Assembly (NCBI GenBank): GCA_965116495.1 | Contig: OZ220696.1 | Location: 1,280,001-1,344,000, forward strand | DNA from: Gammaproteobacteria bacterium | GTDB lineage: Bacteria; Pseudomonadota; Gammaproteobacteria; Eutrophobiales; Eutrophobiaceae | Length of the DNA: 64,000 nucleotides | Direction: 5' to 3' | Shown here: in pieces, positions 59,536-64,000 of the stretch | Layout of the letters: each line of letters begins with the position of its first letter | How positions within the stretch are numbered: the first letter of the stretch is position 1 | The notes under the pieces: generated by a model | The model's input: the letters and a program-made list of their open reading frames with translations, nothing else | Database searches by the model: none | What the model was told of the DNA's origin: nothing | Translations under genes and position numbers: made by a program

Positions 59536-60666
59536 TCAACCTCCAACCCAAAGCGATAGTGAGACGCCGATAAAATTGGCAATCACATATCCCAGGATAC
59601 CGCAGAGCAGGCCGGGAGTAACCAGGCTGTGCCACTTGTGGTGAGCTGCCAGCGCCGCAGCGGGCGCCGGCCCCAGAATACAGGCATTCGACGCGGTGAT
59701 TAATTCAGCGTAATTAAACCGGCACAGCTTCCCGACAGTTAATGCGACGAGAGCATGAACCAAACAAATGGCGGCTGCATAAACCATCAAAACAGGACCG
59801 AACGTAAACAATATTGATATATCGGCACCGGCCCCGACCACGACGAAAAAGACATACATCAAAAACATCCCGATTTCAAAATCGCCGCGTACCGCGCCCA
59901 ATTGGCGCGGTATTACATTGGCTGTCAAGACAGCGAACAAGGTAATGAATAACAAGGAAAAGCGGGGCATGGAAAAATATTGCGCAATAAAAAAACTGAA
60001 CCAGCAGATTCCTGAAGCCAGTGCTATAACAAGCGTGATGCCGAACCACGCGGAGTGTTTGCCGTTATGGCGCGACCCTTCGGTATTCAGCGGCGCAGAG
60101 GAAACAGACAAATCCGACTGCGCAGGAAACTGCTGCGTAAACCATGTCGATGCGGCCGTTAATGCCAATAAGACCAGGTACCCCGTGCCGACTATCGCCT
60201 CAGAAGCAAGCGCCGCGGACAACAGCCCTGCATCATTTAATTCCAGCGCCTGTGAGACGGCGACGAAGTTCATCGACCCACCGGTATAGGTTGCGATGAA
60301 CACCCCAAGTAGTTTGTCCGCTTCCGCGCCAAGGGGTAACAGGAGAAATCCGCCGACCGCCCCCAAAACCGTGCCTGATACACAAACCAGAAAAACAAAA
60401 CCCAATCCGCCCGTATGGGTAACTACCTGACGCATGTTTGCCTTGAATAACAATAATGCAACGGCGAACGGCACAAGATAAACAACGATGATTTCATAAA
60501 CGCGGGAAACGTGCGGCAGCAGACCGAAATTTGAGAACATCGCCCCCGTGATCAAGGCAATCACTGCCGCGGAAACCCTTCTGCCAAAGTCGAAGCGCCC
60601 ACACCATAGCGCGAAGACTACAATCAGCAGGATTTGCGCGCTAACCAGCGCGTCGGCAAAAATCAG
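59536..60666 (-). CDS. DUF819 family membrane transporter
   Basis: ATYTGGSMNFVAV, ASNACILG and many TM segments; the start is inferred at CTG 60666 overlapping the upstream TGA. Confidence 0.82.
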   Translation of the reverse strand: MIFADALVSAQILLIVVFALWCGRFDFGRRVSAAVIALITGAMFSNFGLLPHVSRVYEIIVVYLVPFAVALLLFKANMRQVVTHTGGLGFVFLVCVSGTVLGAVGGFLLLPLGAEADKLLGVFIATYTGGSMNFVAVSQALELNDAGLLSAALASEAIVGTGYLVLLALTAASTWFTQQFPAQSDLSVSSAPLNTEGSRHNGKHSAWFGITLVIALASGICWFSFFIAQYFSMPRFSLLFITLFAVLTANVIPRQLGAVRGDFEIGMFLMYVFFVVVGAGADISILFTFGPVLMVYAAAICLVHALVALTVGKLCRFNYAELITASNACILGPAPAAALAAHHKWHSLVTPGLLCGILGYVIANFIGVSLSLWVGG

Positions 60667-62867
60667 AACTTTCCTTTCAAGGTGACGCCAAGGGTACGGG
60701 GACGCGTGGTATTAATCCGGACATCACCGACAATACGGTTAAAATACAGGACAGCCCTTTCGTCCCAGAGATTATCCGCAAAGAAGGCGAGCTGCCACTT
60801 GTCTGTCTCAACTCCCAGGCGCAAATTCCCAAGCTGGTATGGCTTCTGGCGGTCCGCGCCGGCGCCGCTCGTGCCCGTTGCCGCGGCAAATCCGTTGTAG
60901 GAACTGCCGACATGCTGAAAGTTAAAATTGACAAAGCCGTCAATGCCCTCAAAGATTGACGACCGTTGGTAGTTAAATCCTGCGGTGAAAGTAACTTCGG
61001 GCACACCGGGAATACGATCACCCGAACGCCCGTCTCCCGGCGGAAGCTGGTCGTCGGTAAGTTCACTGTTGACATAAGCGGCCGTACTGAAGATTTCAAA
61101 ATCTGCCAATGCAAATGGCAGGGCGCGCAATTCCAACTCGGCGCCCACACTTCTTGCGCCTCCTGCATTTATCGTAAAGGTATGACCATCACTTCGTATA
61201 AAGTTGGTCTGGATATCAGTCCAGTCTATATAGAACCCGGCGCCGTTAAAAACAAGTCTGTTGTTCCCCCAACTGGTCTTGAAACCCGCTTCAAAATTCC
61301 ATAGGGAATCCGAATCAAACTGGGATGGCGCCGGCTCGCCGGTAACCGGGTCAGCAGGCACCCCTTGCCCTGTGGGGCCGCCCTCGCGAAAGCCCTTGGA
61401 AGCCACGCCATAAACGAGAATTTGGTCGTTAACATCGTAAGACAACCGGAATTTCGGACTGACGCCACTTTCATCCGCCCCCGAATAAATGGTCTCAAGC
61501 ATACCCGGACGCCCCGCCAGCAATCCGCCGCTGAGATCAACCACGTCCTGTTCAATATCGAACCAGCGCGCGCCTGCGGTTGCAGTCAACTTGTGAGTTA
61601 TATTGAAATCTAACTCGCCGAATACTGCAATTTGTTTACGGTCAAGCGTCGTATCGGAATCAAGAACGTCTCCGCCCAGCGCCTCAGCCCCGGCATCCTG
61701 GATAAATATTTCCTCATCGTCCCGGTAATACACACCCAGCACCCAATCCAGGTACCCCCCGAATAATCCTTTGTTTGAAGTCAAACGAACTTCCTGCACC
61801 CAGGATTCAAACTCGGTTAAATCATCCAGAAAAATCGGCAGGCCGCCCAGCAAGGGCGATATATCGCGCAGGTTGATGACCTCCCTGTCAAAGTAAGCCG
61901 TTGACGAACTTAAAGTTGCGTTTCCCAGGTCCCAATCCAGGGTCAGGTTTGCCAGGTGAAATTCATCGGCAAGCTCTTCTTGAAAATTACGCGCCTGTTT
62001 CAGATCTCCCAGATCAGGATCATACTGGGCTTTCCCCGGCGTGTCCGAATCCTGGTACAAATATGAAAATGCAGCGGAAATGTCTTCATTGAAATCAAGG
62101 GTTACCATGCCCCGGAAGCCTACAGTTTCCGTCTCGTTTACATTATTCTCATCGAGCGTTACATTATCTACAAAGCCCGAGGCTTCATCTTGGTAAGCCA
62201 CCAGTCTTAACCCGAGTTTATCTCTTACTACCGGCACATTTACCACACCTGCAAGCTCGTAATTTGTGCCTCCTTTTTCCGTTGACCCCAGGCTCGAATT
62301 AAATTCAACGCTGAAATTTTCCAGGTCGGGTTTATTCGGAACGTAACGCAAGGTTCCGCCAATGGAACCCTCGCCGAATAAAGTCCCCTGCGGACCCCGC
62401 AACACTTCTATGCGCTCGATGTCAAAAAGGCGCAGGTCAGGACTGAAGCGCCGGCTTCCAACCGGCACATCATCAAAATACATTCCTATCACCGCGCCTT
62501 CATCGCGGGAAGCAACGCCGGTGGATACACCGCGCAGGACAATCTTGTTTTCCGGGCTGTTATTGCCTACATAAGAAAGTCCGGGGACACTTGCCGCAAA
62601 ATCAGCAAATGATCGAGCGCCGATATTTTCCAGGTATTCCTGAGAAAGGGCGGTAACCGCAACAGGGGCATCCTGCAAAGCTTCCGTCCTTCTCCTGGCA
62701 GTCACCTCGATTTCCTCAAGGACCAATACGCCTTCCTCCCCCGACAGAACTTCCGCTTGTGCCTGGATGATGCGGGGTGATGCAAAAAACAGGGCCATAA
62801 TGAGAGCAGCAGCAATGAACACTTCATTGGCAAGAGGGTATTTCATAACTGAAACCCGTGTAATCAT
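60663..62867 (-). CDS. TonB-dependent receptor
   Basis: LEEIEVTARRR, ERIEVLRGPQGTLFG, C-terminal F. Confidence 0.95.
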   Translation of the reverse strand: MITRVSVMKYPLANEVFIAAALIMALFFASPRIIQAQAEVLSGEEGVLVLEEIEVTARRRTEALQDAPVAVTALSQEYLENIGARSFADFAASVPGLSYVGNNSPENKIVLRGVSTGVASRDEGAVIGMYFDDVPVGSRRFSPDLRLFDIERIEVLRGPQGTLFGEGSIGGTLRYVPNKPDLENFSVEFNSSLGSTEKGGTNYELAGVVNVPVVRDKLGLRLVAYQDEASGFVDNVTLDENNVNETETVGFRGMVTLDFNEDISAAFSYLYQDSDTPGKAQYDPDLGDLKQARNFQEELADEFHLANLTLDWDLGNATLSSSTAYFDREVINLRDISPLLGGLPIFLDDLTEFESWVQEVRLTSNKGLFGGYLDWVLGVYYRDDEEIFIQDAGAEALGGDVLDSDTTLDRKQIAVFGELDFNITHKLTATAGARWFDIEQDVVDLSGGLLAGRPGMLETIYSGADESGVSPKFRLSYDVNDQILVYGVASKGFREGGPTGQGVPADPVTGEPAPSQFDSDSLWNFEAGFKTSWGNNRLVFNGAGFYIDWTDIQTNFIRSDGHTFTINAGGARSVGAELELRALPFALADFEIFSTAAYVNSELTDDQLPPGDGRSGDRIPGVPEVTFTAGFNYQRSSIFEGIDGFVNFNFQHVGSSYNGFAAATGTSGAGADRQKPYQLGNLRLGVETDKWQLAFFADNLWDERAVLYFNRIVGDVRINTTRPRTLGVTLKGKF

Positions 62868-62917
62868 TAGAATTCCTCATTTGGATTAAAGTACCTCGTG
62901 CACAATAGCTGAACGCC

Positions 62918-62990
62918 TGGTGTGGTTTTCTTTTCTTTTGAGTAGTGTCTTCTTTCCCGCCTTTTTTTACCTGTCTACCCGAATGGGTAG
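62918..62990 (-). promoter_or_regulatory. Putative binding region of the MalT/LuxR regulator (TonB-DUF819-dipeptidase operon)
   Basis: TGGTGTGGTT..TTGAGTAGTG..CTACCCGAATGGGTAG palindrome. Confidence 0.6.
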
Positions 62991-63141
62991 TCTCCGGCCA
63001 CCTGATATTGACACACCACATGGGCCACTTTAATGTAAGTATGAAGCTGGACTGATATCATGCGCTTATGGTTCGCGCAGGGCCGCAACCGCAGAGTTGT
63101 AATGGACACAGCGATAGAAATGCAACGCAGTCAATCGGCAT

Positions 63142-63627
63142 TCATCCGGTGAAGTCTCTTAATGAACGGAGCGGCAGTTCTGTCGTGCACTTGATTTCGG
63201 ACACCACCATCTTGGAGTGCACCTCGCGTACTGCCGGCAGTGACAGCAGGTGGCGCAGGAAGCGTTCGTAAGCGTGGATATCCGTTGCCACCACTTTCAA
63301 CAAAAAATCCATCTCTCCCAGCACCGTGTAACATTCCAGCACTTCCGGCAGTTTCTCCACGGCATTCTGGAAATTAGGCAGTGCTTCATGGCCATGGGCC
63401 TCGAGCTTGACTTCAGCGAACACGATCACGTCCAGGCCCAGTTGGTTATGGTCCAGTAGCGCCACCCGTTTTTTCAACACCCCGGCGTCCTCCATACGTT
63501 TGAGCCTGCGCCAGCAGGGTGAGGTGGACAGGCCGATTTGCGCCGCCAGTTCGCTGACGGTCAAACCGGCATCCCGTTGCAGGACGGTCAGTATTTTCTT
63601 GTCGAATTTATCTATCTTAACGGTCAT
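63142..63627 (-). CDS. bkdR: Lrp/AsnC family regulator, divergent from the bkd operon
   Basis: DKFDKKILTVLQ, GLSTSPCWRRLKRME, ECYTVLGEMDFLLKV; genomic context. Confidence 0.8.
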   Translation of the reverse strand: MTVKIDKFDKKILTVLQRDAGLTVSELAAQIGLSTSPCWRRLKRMEDAGVLKKRVALLDHNQLGLDVIVFAEVKLEAHGHEALPNFQNAVEKLPEVLECYTVLGEMDFLLKVVATDIHAYERFLRHLLSLPAVREVHSKMVVSEIKCTTELPLRSLRDFTG

Positions 63628-63750
63628 TTTTGCCTAATTTATATATTATATGGGTAATATTTTGCGAATTATCCTGAATTCCGGTTACAAAAGCAATAAT
63701 TATCCCTTTATTTCCGTCTAAACTGTATCCAACCACTTCCAGTGATTGAT

Positions 63751-64000
63751 ATGTCAAGCAAATTACATATTCCGGCAGCACCGTACCGTCCGGGCGAAGA
63801 GCCGGATTTCAGCGCAATATCACTGTCTCGGGCCGGCGAACTGGTGCGTCCGGACGAACTGGCCCCGGCCAACTCAATAGATAAACTGGCCTTCGGCATG
63901 CTGCGCGTCCTGGATGACAACCACCAGGCTGTCGGTCCCTGGGATCCTGGTTTATCGGCAGACATATTGCGTGATGGATTGCGCCACATGATGCTGACGC
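63751..64000 (+). CDS. bkdA1: Branched-chain alpha-keto acid dehydrogenase E1 alpha subunit (5' part, runs off the window)
   Basis: MSSKLHIPAAPYRPGEEPDFS...LRVLDD..QAVGPWDP...GLRHMMLT. Confidence 0.85.
   Translation, partial: MSSKLHIPAAPYRPGEEPDFSAISLSRAGELVRPDELAPANSIDKLAFGMLRVLDDNHQAVGPWDPGLSADILRDGLRHMMLT

Overview
Bacterial chromosome segment, probably from a gammaproteobacterium (bkdR/bkdA1 arrangement, SAH riboswitch-metH, TonB receptors); the taxonomy is inference. It falls into three blocks. (1) 1-24.6 kb is a catabolic island downstream of the 3' end of tRNA-Thr(CGT). It encodes a Rieske dioxygenase, an extradiol dioxygenase, an ACMSD-like decarboxylase, many CoA-dependent beta-oxidation enzymes, split AtuA, an orphan Cox3/Cox4-like pair and a TetR regulator, and a TATAGC-N4-GCTATA palindrome marks nearly every promoter region. 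(2) 24.8-49.7 kb is mixed core and accessory DNA: HDAC-like and MBL-fold hydrolases, hicAB, orphan napGH, SAH riboswitch-metH, an IS1182 nested with a MITE at the metH stop codon, a molybdenum hydroxylase operon with a CoxG-fused large subunit, an LLM enzyme, HTHP, a DMSO-reductase-family enzyme, tpm, a sulfatase, an SSS transporter, a Phd-VapC pair and several REP-like elements. (3) 49.9-62.9 kb is a two-operon island (HyuA-like, DUF917, TonB receptor, racemase; TonB receptor, DUF819, M19 dipeptidase) around a MalT-type regulator. Its two promoters share a motif set, and two genes appear to need non-canonical start codons. bkdR and the start of bkdA1 close the window. All family calls come from motif recognition by eye, not from database searches.
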